This document shows positions 29,209 through 36,508 of a stretch of DNA of 36,508 nucleotides, piece after piece (positions within the stretch are counted from its first letter, which is position 1; each line of letters opens with the position of its first letter). The notes below the pieces were generated by a model. It was given only the letters and a program-made list of their open reading frames with translations. It did no database searches and was not told the DNA's origin. The stretch lies in IMG/VR virus record IMGVR_UViG_2681813155_000011; one strand, 5' to 3'. The translations under genes were made by a program, and so were the position numbers. This stretch comes from a virus (taxonomy: Duplodnaviria; Heunggongvirae; Uroviricota; Caudoviricetes).

Positions 29209-29432
29209 ACAGCACCTCCGTTGTAATGTTTTCCTTTCAGCTCTGCGATTTCCTGGCAAGTAATGCAAAGCTGCACTCCAGGAATGGCACGGCGGCGTGC
29301 TGGCGGAATTGGCGCTTCACACTCAATGCAAAGCACGCGGGACACGCCCGGCGTTTTGGCACGGGCAGCACGGATATGACGCTGGCGTTCTTCTTCAACG
29401 CGCTGCTGTACGAGATCCATTGCATCAGCCAT
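29205..29432 (-). CDS. TraR/DksA-family C4 zinc-finger protein
   Basis: 75 aa with CIECEAPIP...CITCQ (C-x2-C ... C-x2-C); common in P2-like early operons. Confidence 0.65.
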   Translation of the reverse strand: MADAMDLVQQRVEEERQRHIRAARAKTPGVSRVLCIECEAPIPPARRRAIPGVQLCITCQEIAELKGKHYNGGAV

Positions 29433-29671
29433 CAGTGGATCTCCTGCGCTTCGTTCTGGATTGCTTCTGCTGCCACACGCAGTAGTTCAGCCGCTTCAAC
29501 GTGGTTTAGCTGGCGGGATGTGATATGGCACGCAAGGCTATCAAGGCGAGCTGCCATTACTTCAGCTCTTGCCCGGCGTTCTTCCAGACGAGCCTCTGTC
29601 AGTAAAATATTAAGCCCTGCATCATCCGGTCCGATTTTAGTCGTGATGGTTTCAATATTACGCATAATCAA
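29432..29671 (-). CDS. Hypothetical early-operon protein
   Basis: 79-aa ORF, start overlaps the stop of the upstream gene; no recognisable motif. Confidence 0.4.
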   Translation of the reverse strand: MIMRNIETITTKIGPDDAGLNILLTEARLEERRARAEVMAARLDSLACHITSRQLNHVEAAELLRVAAEAIQNEAQEIH

Positions 29672-29732
29672 TTCTCCTGAATTTAGATAAAGGGATGCCC
29701 GGCGGGTTTACGCCATTAATTTCATTAGTTGG

Positions 29733-30074
29733 TTAATTCGGCATGGTTAGCCGTCTGGGAAATAAGCTCACCACTGCACGAAAATGATTCATTGCTTTAA
29801 TCAACTCCCGCTTTTCGTCAGTGGTCAGCTCATTAATGCTGATGCTATGACGTTCAGCTGGAATTTTTGCCATAAAGAATATGGCAGCCAGTGCCCGTTT
29901 ATTTTGTTCGCTATTAATATCCCGTGGATCACGCATATCTTTAATAAACCGTTCAAGATCTGACTCAATATTCAGGCCAAAAACTTTCGCTCTTAATTCC
30001 GCAATGTGATTAAGTCCATTCAGGCGTTCACCGGGGCTTAATGGAACAGTCGCCGCAGCGCCTTCAATAGCCAT
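29733..30074 (-). CDS. Hypothetical early-operon protein
   Basis: 113-aa ORF in the early operon; no recognisable motif. Confidence 0.4.
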   Translation of the reverse strand: MAIEGAAATVPLSPGERLNGLNHIAELRAKVFGLNIESDLERFIKDMRDPRDINSEQNKRALAAIFFMAKIPAERHSISINELTTDEKRELIKAMNHFRAVVSLFPRRLTMPN

Positions 30075-30238
30075 TTGTTCCCCCGTTTTTTCGTTGATAG
30101 TTCTGCCAACAATTCATCTTGCGAACGGCACGGATGCCAGCGTTTACCATCCTCACCCATGATCCAGCCGTGACCGTAGTGCATTGCCGGACTTTGTTTT
30201 ACCAGCAGCGATGCAAATGATGGTTCTTTCGTCAGCAT
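30038..30238 (-). CDS. Hypothetical small early protein
   Basis: About 66 aa from an internal Met (MLTKEPSF...), chosen so it does not overlap cII. Confidence 0.35.
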   Translation of the reverse strand: MLTKEPSFASLLVKQSPAMHYGHGWIMGEDGKRWHPCRSQDELLAELSTKKRGNKWLLKALRRLFH

Positions 30239-30245
30239 AAGCACC

Positions 30246-30755
30246 TCACAGCAAACCGAATGAAGCACCGAGGCCAGTTACAGTATCAACTGCACTTGCC
30301 ATCGCAGGATTAACCTGTAAACGGGCCTGCAATGAAACAGCAGCTAACGCCATCAGTCGTGTAACAGAGTTAATGCTGCTGATAGCATCACGACGACCTG
30401 CACTGGTTTTTACATCGCCAGATACCGCACCTGCAGCAACACGCCCGATCTCTGCGGTTGCACTCATGACGTAATGTGGCAGTTTCTCTTTTGCCACCTC
30501 ATTAATCGGTACACATGGCAGGCAGTGAATCTGTGCCAGAAAACCGTCTACCAGCGTTGAATCTTCCGTCAGATCGGTAAGTAGCCAGATATCTGGCGCA
30601 TTGAGCTGATGCGGTTGATCTGGGTTGAGTTTGTTTCGCAGAGTCTGGACATTCATTCCTGCACGTTCTGCCAGCTTCGCCATATTGTGACGAAGTGCAA
30701 AAGCTCTACAGGCTTCATCAAAATGCGGGTGTTTGGAAATCTTATAATCAAACAT
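30246..30755 (-). CDS. cII: Phage 186 CII-like regulator
   Basis: 169 aa, the length of 186 CII, in the position after apl; N-terminal HTH-like region. Identity is from memory of the family. Confidence 0.6.
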   Translation of the reverse strand: MFDYKISKHPHFDEACRAFALRHNMAKLAERAGMNVQTLRNKLNPDQPHQLNAPDIWLLTDLTEDSTLVDGFLAQIHCLPCVPINEVAKEKLPHYVMSATAEIGRVAAGAVSGDVKTSAGRRDAISSINSVTRLMALAAVSLQARLQVNPAMASAVDTVTGLGASFGLL

Positions 30756-30787
30756 GCTACCCCCTTAGAAAGTTCTCATAATTGAAC

Positions 30788-31030
30788 TTACTTACCAACA
30801 ATGACGCGGAAGTTGGAATGACCGAGGGATTCACGGACCTGATCGGTTTTGTACATTAAATAACGCAGGCTTACGCGGCCTTTGTTTTTTTCTTTCTTGA
30901 CCATGTATTTAGCAAGCTGACCATGGTGAATTTTTTGATACACGGAGCCGCGGGAGATACCTTCCCATTCCGCGAACTCTGCAGGCGTAGCCATCTCTTT
31001 TGGTACACGAATTGAAATATCAGTACTCAT
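30788..31030 (-). CDS. apl: Apl/Cox-like excisionase-repressor
   Basis: 80-aa basic protein divergent from cI, first gene of the lytic operon. Confidence 0.6.
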   Translation of the reverse strand: MSTDISIRVPKEMATPAEFAEWEGISRGSVYQKIHHGQLAKYMVKKEKNKGRVSLRYLMYKTDQVRESLGHSNFRVIVGK

Positions 31031-31146
31031 AGTGCAGTATCTCTTAGTTTGGTTTCGTTTTATCTTGTTTTATGTGGTTTGGTTTTGCTTTTCAAACCAT
31101 AAATGGATATTAGGATCACTTTTTATATACGTCAAGGGGTTTGATT
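31031..31146. promoter_or_regulatory. Lysis-lysogeny switch region (pR/pL-like promoters and operator repeats)
   Basis: Minus-strand sigma70 promoter TTGACG-17-TAATAT (plus-strand 31130..31135 and 31107..31112); candidate plus-strand promoter TTGCTT-17-TATTAG; repeated GGTTTGGTTT motifs at 31046..31080. Confidence 0.5.
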
Positions 31147-31779
31147 ATGAGTTTGATCAAGGCGGGAAATGATAGTGGTGGGCGCGATGCAATTAACAGG
31201 CTTATTAAGGCTTACAACTTCAGCTCACGACAGCAGCTCTGCGAACATCTGGAGGTATCCAAAAGCACTATGGCTAACAGATACTTAAGGGATAGCTTTC
31301 CTGCTGAATGGGTAATTCAATGTGCCCTTGAAACAGGAGCTTCCCTTCTATGGCTGGCTACTGGTCAAGGAGATATGTATGCGTGTGAGAACGAAGAAAC
31401 AAATCTCAAAAATGAACCTCCCGTTACTGTAAGACCACTTTCTAAGATCGTTGCTCCTAGCATCAAACGTGTTGAACTGAAGAACGGCGAACTGCAGGCA
31501 AGTGATGAAATTCTTCTTGATAGCAGCCTGCTCGATGGTGACTCATCCAACGCTTTATTTGTTAAAACAGCTAATAATAGCTTTGTAGTGGATACGTCCG
31601 TTAAACAAGTCAGTAATGGCTTCTGGTTAGTCGATATGGACGGAGTTAAAAGCATCGTCAAAATTGCGCGCATACCCGGAAACAAAATAGTAGTTAACCA
31701 AGATGACACTTCATTTGAATGTTCTGTAGATGATGTGGAAGTCGTAGGACGTGCAGTCAAAGTAATCAAGAACCTCTAA
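31147..31779 (+). CDS. cI: CI-like immunity repressor (186 type)
   Basis: Start at ATG 31147 (AAGGGG RBS); N-terminal HTH (QLCEHLEVSKSTMANRYLRD); directly upstream of int. Confidence 0.7.
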   Translation: MSLIKAGNDSGGRDAINRLIKAYNFSSRQQLCEHLEVSKSTMANRYLRDSFPAEWVIQCALETGASLLWLATGQGDMYACENEETNLKNEPPVTVRPLSKIVAPSIKRVELKNGELQASDEILLDSSLLDGDSSNALFVKTANNSFVVDTSVKQVSNGFWLVDMDGVKSIVKIARIPGNKIVVNQDDTSFECSVDDVEVVGRAVKVIKNL

Positions 31780-31782
31780 CTT

Positions 31783-32805
31783 ATGACCATCAGAAAACAG
31801 CCGAACGGAAAATGGTTGTGTGAGTGCTATCCCAATGGACGCAATGGTAAGCGCGTGCGTAAGCAATTTGCTACCAAAGGCGAAGCCATTGCATTTGAAA
31901 GCTTCACCATGGACGAAGTAAACAAAAAGCCATGGCTTGGTGAGAAGGAAGATCGGCGGCGATTATCAGAAGTGATTGAGCAGTGGTATTCCCTATATGG
32001 TCAAACACTCGCAGACCCCAAACGCCTGATGGCGAAACTTAGAATTATCTGTAATGGTCTAGGCGATCCCATCGCCTCTGAGCTGACAGCAGGTGATTTC
32101 ACAAAATATCGGGAAGCCAGATTAAAGGGGGAGGTCCAAAATGAAGACGGCTCGTTCATGTCACCCGTTAAACCTCGCACAGTTAATCTTGAGCAGCGTA
32201 ACCTGTCATCGGTGTTCGGTACATTGAAAAAACTAGGGCACTGGTCCGCACCAAACCCGCTGGCAGGGCTTCCAACCTTCAAAATTGCTGAAGGTGAATT
32301 GGCTTTTCTTTCCACGGACGAAATCAAACGCCTGCTTAATGCCTGCGCCGAATCTCAAAACACCAGCCTACTAATGATTGCAAAAATATGCCTGGCTACT
32401 GGTGCGCGATGGAGTGAAGCAGAAAACTTGCAGGGCCATCAGTTATCAAAATACCGGATCACCTATACCAAGACAAAAGGTAAGAAAAATCGTACCGTGC
32501 CGATATCTCAAAATCTGTATGATGAACTCCCCAAGAATAGAGGGAAGTTATTCACGCCATGCAGAAAGGCTTTTGAACGAGCGGTCAAACGGGCTGGTAT
32601 TGAACTGCCTGAAGGTCAGTGTACCCATGTTCTGCGCCATACATTCGCCAGTCATTTTATGATGAACGGTGGAAACATACTCGTTTTGAAAGATATTCTT
32701 GGGCATTCAGATATTAAAATGACTATGATTTATGCACATTTTTCCCCTGATCATTTAGAAGATGCAGTAACTAAAAATCCACTTTATTCGCTATTAAAGG
32801 ACTAA
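31783..32805 (+). CDS. int: Tyrosine integrase (P2 Int-like)
   Basis: 340 aa; C-terminal catalytic region with HxLRHT and a Tyr near the end (...MIYAHF); immediately after cI. Confidence 0.85.
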   Translation: MTIRKQPNGKWLCECYPNGRNGKRVRKQFATKGEAIAFESFTMDEVNKKPWLGEKEDRRRLSEVIEQWYSLYGQTLADPKRLMAKLRIICNGLGDPIASELTAGDFTKYREARLKGEVQNEDGSFMSPVKPRTVNLEQRNLSSVFGTLKKLGHWSAPNPLAGLPTFKIAEGELAFLSTDEIKRLLNACAESQNTSLLMIAKICLATGARWSEAENLQGHQLSKYRITYTKTKGKKNRTVPISQNLYDELPKNRGKLFTPCRKAFERAVKRAGIELPEGQCTHVLRHTFASHFMMNGGNILVLKDILGHSDIKMTMIYAHFSPDHLEDAVTKNPLYSLLKD

Positions 32806-32808
32806 ATA

Positions 32809-34035
32809 ATGACTCTCCATCAAACTTTATCTAAAGAATTAAGAGATTTATTTGTTAGTATTTTAAGACGTTCTCTTTTTCGCCCCCCCATCAAAATAAA
32901 TGGGGATATAGTCTCTGATTTTTCAAACAGATGCGAGCAGTTCAAAGAGTGCCTAAATGAATACATTTGTGATAACAATAATGCTGCTTCTGAAAGAGTT
33001 AAACCAAGAATTAAAACTATTGAAAAAATACAACATGGATTAACTAATTCTCTTAAAGCATTTTTATCTGGCGACATTAAAGGAGCCTACGATATTTTTG
33101 ATGAAGTTTTATCATACCCTACTGTCTATAGACATCTAAGAAGAATATCCATTCCACTAAAAGAAATATGTAATAAGCACAAGCCTTTATTCAGGGTAAG
33201 AAAGTCAGATAGACCAGTCGTAACAAGAAAGGAAATCTTTCATATCCCATTCACTCATCGACATCTTGTCAATGCTCAACGCTATTCCGTTGCAGGTTTG
33301 CCATGCCTTTACTTAGGTTCATCTCTCTATATATGCTGGCAGGAAATGGATAAACCTGACTTTGATAAATTATACCTATCATCATTTATATCTTGGGATG
33401 AGGAATCCTATATTTTAAATTTAGCTGCAGATTTTCTTTACAGTAGAACCGCTAAAGGATTTTACGGTGATATTAGTAATAGAGACAACCTCATTAAAAT
33501 ATCATATTTAACTTTATGGCCTCTGATAATTGCATGTAATTATTTAAAGCAGAATGAAAACTCTTCATTTAATCAAGAATATATCATCCCAAATTTGTTA
33601 ATGCAGTGGATAAGTCGACTTGAAGATAGAGCTATTGTCGGCATAGCATATCGCTCAACAAAAATAAAAAGAACAGCAAACTCACACTTAGCAACTAATG
33701 TCGTCTTGCCTCCAAAAGTAAACTATGAAGACACAATCACAAAACCTTATTGTCAGAAACTATTGTCAATGTTTGAGTTTACTCAACCTGTATCATGGCA
33801 GGTTTTGAAAACATTAGACTATAAAATTGATAATGAAATAAATCAAGAGCAAGAAAAAGCAATTCATTTACTAAAACAGAAAGAAAGATTAAGTGGCATA
33901 AAAGATTTAAATGAAGATCTTATAAACCTTTATCCTTTAACAGACTTCTACAAGCTAGAACAGTGCATGGATCGCCTGCTGCAGTATGATGTACTTGAGA
34001 TAAAATCTGGCGGCACTTTGGCGGCAGAGCATTAA
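32809..34035 (+). CDS. Cargo protein with RES-domain-like core (candidate NAD+-targeting toxin/defence effector)
   Basis: 408 aa, strongly AT-rich, starts 3 bp after the int stop. QRYSVAGLPCLYLGSSLYICWQE and IVGIAYRSTKIKRTANSHLATNVVLPP fit the Arg / Glu / Ser motif order of the RES domain; extra N- and C-terminal regions of unknown fold. Confidence 0.5.
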   Translation: MTLHQTLSKELRDLFVSILRRSLFRPPIKINGDIVSDFSNRCEQFKECLNEYICDNNNAASERVKPRIKTIEKIQHGLTNSLKAFLSGDIKGAYDIFDEVLSYPTVYRHLRRISIPLKEICNKHKPLFRVRKSDRPVVTRKEIFHIPFTHRHLVNAQRYSVAGLPCLYLGSSLYICWQEMDKPDFDKLYLSSFISWDEESYILNLAADFLYSRTAKGFYGDISNRDNLIKISYLTLWPLIIACNYLKQNENSSFNQEYIIPNLLMQWISRLEDRAIVGIAYRSTKIKRTANSHLATNVVLPPKVNYEDTITKPYCQKLLSMFEFTQPVSWQVLKTLDYKIDNEINQEQEKAIHLLKQKERLSGIKDLNEDLINLYPLTDFYKLEQCMDRLLQYDVLEIKSGGTLAAEH

Positions 34036-34120
34036 AAATAGATAAAACAAGCAAACACACAATAACACTAACATACTAATTTTAAAGATAAATACATGTT
34101 TTTATTATAGTAAAAATGGT

Positions 34121-34167
34121 ATGTAGGAATTTCGGACGCGGGTTCAACTCCCGCCAGCTCCACCAAA
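34121..34167. repeat. attR: 47-bp direct repeat (duplicate of the ssrA 3' end)
   Basis: Identical to 1016..1062; followed by the native ssrA downstream sequence including a GC hairpin + T-run (34215..34248). Confidence 0.85.
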
Positions 34168-34369
34168 ATTCTCCATCGGTGATTACCAGAGTCATCCGAT
34201 GAAGTCCTAAGAGCCCGCACGGCGCAAGCCCTGCGGGCTTTTTTGTGCTCCGAATTTGTCCCGCGAAGTCTGATGCCAACTAATTAAATCCGATCCTTTT
34301 AGGCACCTTGTTAGGCACTTCATAAAGCTATATTGTCTTTGAGGTGCCTAAAACTATGGAAACCCGGCA

Positions 34370-35611
34370 ATGGCAAGACAAACCAAACCTCTATCCGTTA
34401 AGGAAATCGAATCTGCTAAACCCAAGGAAGCGGACTACGTTCTCTATGATGGCGATGGCCTTGAGCTACTCATTAAATCCAGCGGGAGTAAAATCTGGCA
34501 GTTTCGCTACATTCGCCCTGTCACCAAGACACGAGCAAAGAAAAGCATAGGCCCTTACCCGTCAGTTACCCTTGCCGATGCCAGAAACTACCGTGCAGAG
34601 TCCCGCTCACTCCTAGCTAAACAGATTGATCCGCAGGAACATCAGCAAGAACAATTGCGTAGTTCGCTGGAAGCCAAAACCAATACTTTCCAGCTCGTAG
34701 CTGAACGTTGGTGGAATGTGAAGAAAGCCAGTGTGACAGAGGACTATGCGGAAGATATCTGGCGCTCTCTTGAAAGAGATGTCTTTCCTGCGATTGGCGA
34801 CGTTAGCGTTACAGATATTAAAGCTCATACACTGGTTCAGGCCGTACAACCGGTTCAGGCCAGAGGAGCACTGGAAACGGTTCGTCGCCTGTGTCAACGT
34901 ATTAATGAGGTCATGATCTATGCCCAGAACACAGGGCTGATTGATGCTGTTCCCAGCGTTAATATCGGTAAAGCCTTCGAAAAGCCTCAGAAAAAGAACA
35001 TGCCCAGCATTCGACCGGATCAGCTATCTCAACTGATGCAGACAATGCGAACAGCCAGCATTAGCCTTTCCACACGCTGCCTGTTCATGTGGCAACTTCT
35101 TACTATTACCCGCCCTGCCGAAGCGGCTGAAGCTCGCTGGGAAGAAGTAGACATAGAAGCGCAAGAGTGGAAGATTCCCGCAGCACGCATGAAAATGAAC
35201 CGCGACCATACTGTTCCATTGTCAGATGAAGCAATAGCTGTGCTGGAGATGATGAAACCGCTAAGCGGCAACCGAGAATTTATCTTTCCTAGCCGTATCA
35301 AGCCCAACCAGCCTATGAACAGTCAGACTGTTAACGCCTCACTAAAACGCGCAGGTTTTGGTGGTGTGCTTGTTTCGCATGGTCTGAGATCAATTGCCAG
35401 TACGGCTCTTAATGAACAAGGCTTTCCGCCTGATGCCATTGAGGCAGCATTGGCCCATGTGGATAAGAATGAGGTTCGTCGTGCTTATAACCGCAGCGAT
35501 TACCTGGAACAGCGTCGCCCGATGATGCAATGGTGGGCAAATTTTGTGATGGCAGCGGATCGTGGAAGCATGATTGAAGGTGGGATAAAAGGAATGAAGC
35601 TAGTTGGGTGA
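34370..35611 (+). CDS. intA: P4/CP4-57-family integrase
   Basis: 413 aa, MARQTKPLSVKEIESAKPKEADYVLYDGDGLELLIKSSGSKIWQFRY... resembles E. coli IntA, which sits at ssrA in K-12. Confidence 0.8.
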   Translation: MARQTKPLSVKEIESAKPKEADYVLYDGDGLELLIKSSGSKIWQFRYIRPVTKTRAKKSIGPYPSVTLADARNYRAESRSLLAKQIDPQEHQQEQLRSSLEAKTNTFQLVAERWWNVKKASVTEDYAEDIWRSLERDVFPAIGDVSVTDIKAHTLVQAVQPVQARGALETVRRLCQRINEVMIYAQNTGLIDAVPSVNIGKAFEKPQKKNMPSIRPDQLSQLMQTMRTASISLSTRCLFMWQLLTITRPAEAAEARWEEVDIEAQEWKIPAARMKMNRDHTVPLSDEAIAVLEMMKPLSGNREFIFPSRIKPNQPMNSQTVNASLKRAGFGGVLVSHGLRSIASTALNEQGFPPDAIEAALAHVDKNEVRRAYNRSDYLEQRRPMMQWWANFVMAADRGSMIEGGIKGMKLVG

Positions 35612-35810
35612 CTAAATAGCTGCGCGGCATAGTGTCCCACTTTCAGCCAGCCCTTGCAGGTTAAGCCACCAGACAGTAAACGGCGGGTGTCGCGTTATTA
35701 GGCGCAGCTATTTAGTAGTAATATTAGGATTGGTGATTCTGCACTCCAGAAGTTCGGTAATGCTGCCAACTTACTAATTTAGTGTATGATGGTGATTTTA
35801 AGGTGCTTGC

Positions 35811-36086
35811 GTGGCTTCCATTTCCATCAGATGTCCTTCCTGCTCCGCTACTGAAGGCGTGGTGCGTAACGGCAAAAGCACTGCCGGACATCAGCGCTAT
35901 CTCTGCTCTCATTGCCGTAAAACATGGCAACTACAGTTCACTTACACCGCCTCTCAGCCCGGTACGCACCAGAAAATCATTGATATGGCCATGAATGGCG
36001 TCGGATGTCGCGCCAGTGCACGCATTATGGGCGTTGGCCTCAACACGGTTTTACGTCACTTAAAAAAATCAGGCCGCAGTCGGTAA
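35811..36086 (+). CDS. insA: IS1 InsA
   Basis: 91 aa [86 protein letters not shown]. Confidence 0.9.
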   Translation: MASISIRCPSCSATEGVVRNGKSTAGHQRYLCSHCRKTWQLQFTYTASQPGTHQKIIDMAMNGVGCRASARIMGVGLNTVLRHLKKSGRSR

Positions 36087-36508
36087 CCTCGCGCATACAA
36101 CCAGGCAGTGATGTGATTGTCTGCGCTGAAATGGACGAACATTGGGGCTACGTCGGTGCTAAATCACGTCAGCGCTGGCTGTTTTACGCGTATGACAGGA
36201 TACGGAGGACGGTTGTGGCGCACGTCTTCGGTGAACGCACTCTGGCCACACTGGAGCGTCTTCTGAGCCTGCTGTCGGCCTTTGAGGTCGTGGTATGGAT
36301 GACGGATGGCTGGCCGCTGTATGAATCACGCCTGAAGGGAAAGCTGCACGTTATCAGCAAGCGTTACACTCAGCGCATTGAGCGACATAATCTGAATCTG
36401 AGACAACATCTGGCAAGGCTGGTACGGAAGTCACTGTCGTTCTCAAAATCGGTGGAGTTGCATGACAAGGTCATCGGGCATTATCTGAACATAAAACACT
36501 ATCAGTAA
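36005..36508 (+). CDS. insB: IS1 InsB frame (transposase made as InsAB' by -1 frameshift)
   Basis: 167 aa ...[56 protein letters not shown]...; A-rich slippery run ttaaaaaaatc at 36060..36070. Confidence 0.85.
   Translation: MSRQCTHYGRWPQHGFTSLKKIRPQSVTSRIQPGSDVIVCAEMDEHWGYVGAKSRQRWLFYAYDRIRRTVVAHVFGERTLATLERLLSLLSAFEVVVWMTDGWPLYESRLKGKLHVISKRYTQRIERHNLNLRQHLARLVRKSLSFSKSVELHDKVIGHYLNIKHYQ

Larger units (their letters stand above)
35756..36508 (+). mobile_element. IS1 (partial, truncated by the window end)
   Basis: Left terminal repeat ggtaatgctgccaacttactaatttagtgtatgatggtg, then insA and insB; the window ends at the insB stop, before the right inverted repeat. Confidence 0.85.

Noticed and set aside
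34082-34279. 65-aa minus-strand ORF across attR and the ssrA terminator
   Set aside because: Overlaps the att repeat and terminator hairpin; no RBS; accounted for by the non-coding elements.
1-36508. CRISPR arrays
   Set aside because: No regularly spaced short direct repeats seen on reading. The only notable repeats are the att duplication, the tail-fibre crossover inverted repeats and the internal near-duplication within H.

Overview
The window is an Enterobacteriaceae (E. coli-like) chromosomal segment: smpB (1..483), the tmRNA gene ssrA (698..1060), then a complete ~33 kb P2/186-family temperate prophage inserted into the 3' end of ssrA, bounded by a 47-bp direct repeat (1016..1062 and 34121..34167). 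Downstream lie a second, P4/CP4-57-type integrase (intA-like) and a partial IS1, so two elements are stacked at ssrA. The prophage has the canonical P2 order: ogr-like activator, tail genes D-U-T-E/E'-FII-FI, a Hin/Gin-type invertase with an invertible tail-fibre segment, H-I-J-W-V, S-R, lysis genes (interrupted by a 152-nt run of N), X-L-M-N-O, P-Q, a candidate cos, a LexA-boxed tum-like/DinI-like operon, replication gene A, Dam methylase and small early genes, then a 186-type CII/Apl/CI switch and the integrase. The unexplained content sits in cargo slots: (i) a 408-aa protein with a RES-domain-like core between int and attR; (ii) a WYL-like + BRCT-like protein between attL and ogr, which would sit next to (i) across attP in the circular phage; (iii) a zinc-ribbon + DUF4145-like protein between cos and portal gene Q; (iv) an AT-rich gene at the P2 'orf30' position between S and V. 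All domain calls are from reading motifs by eye; no database search was possible and none of these is demonstrated to be a defence system.
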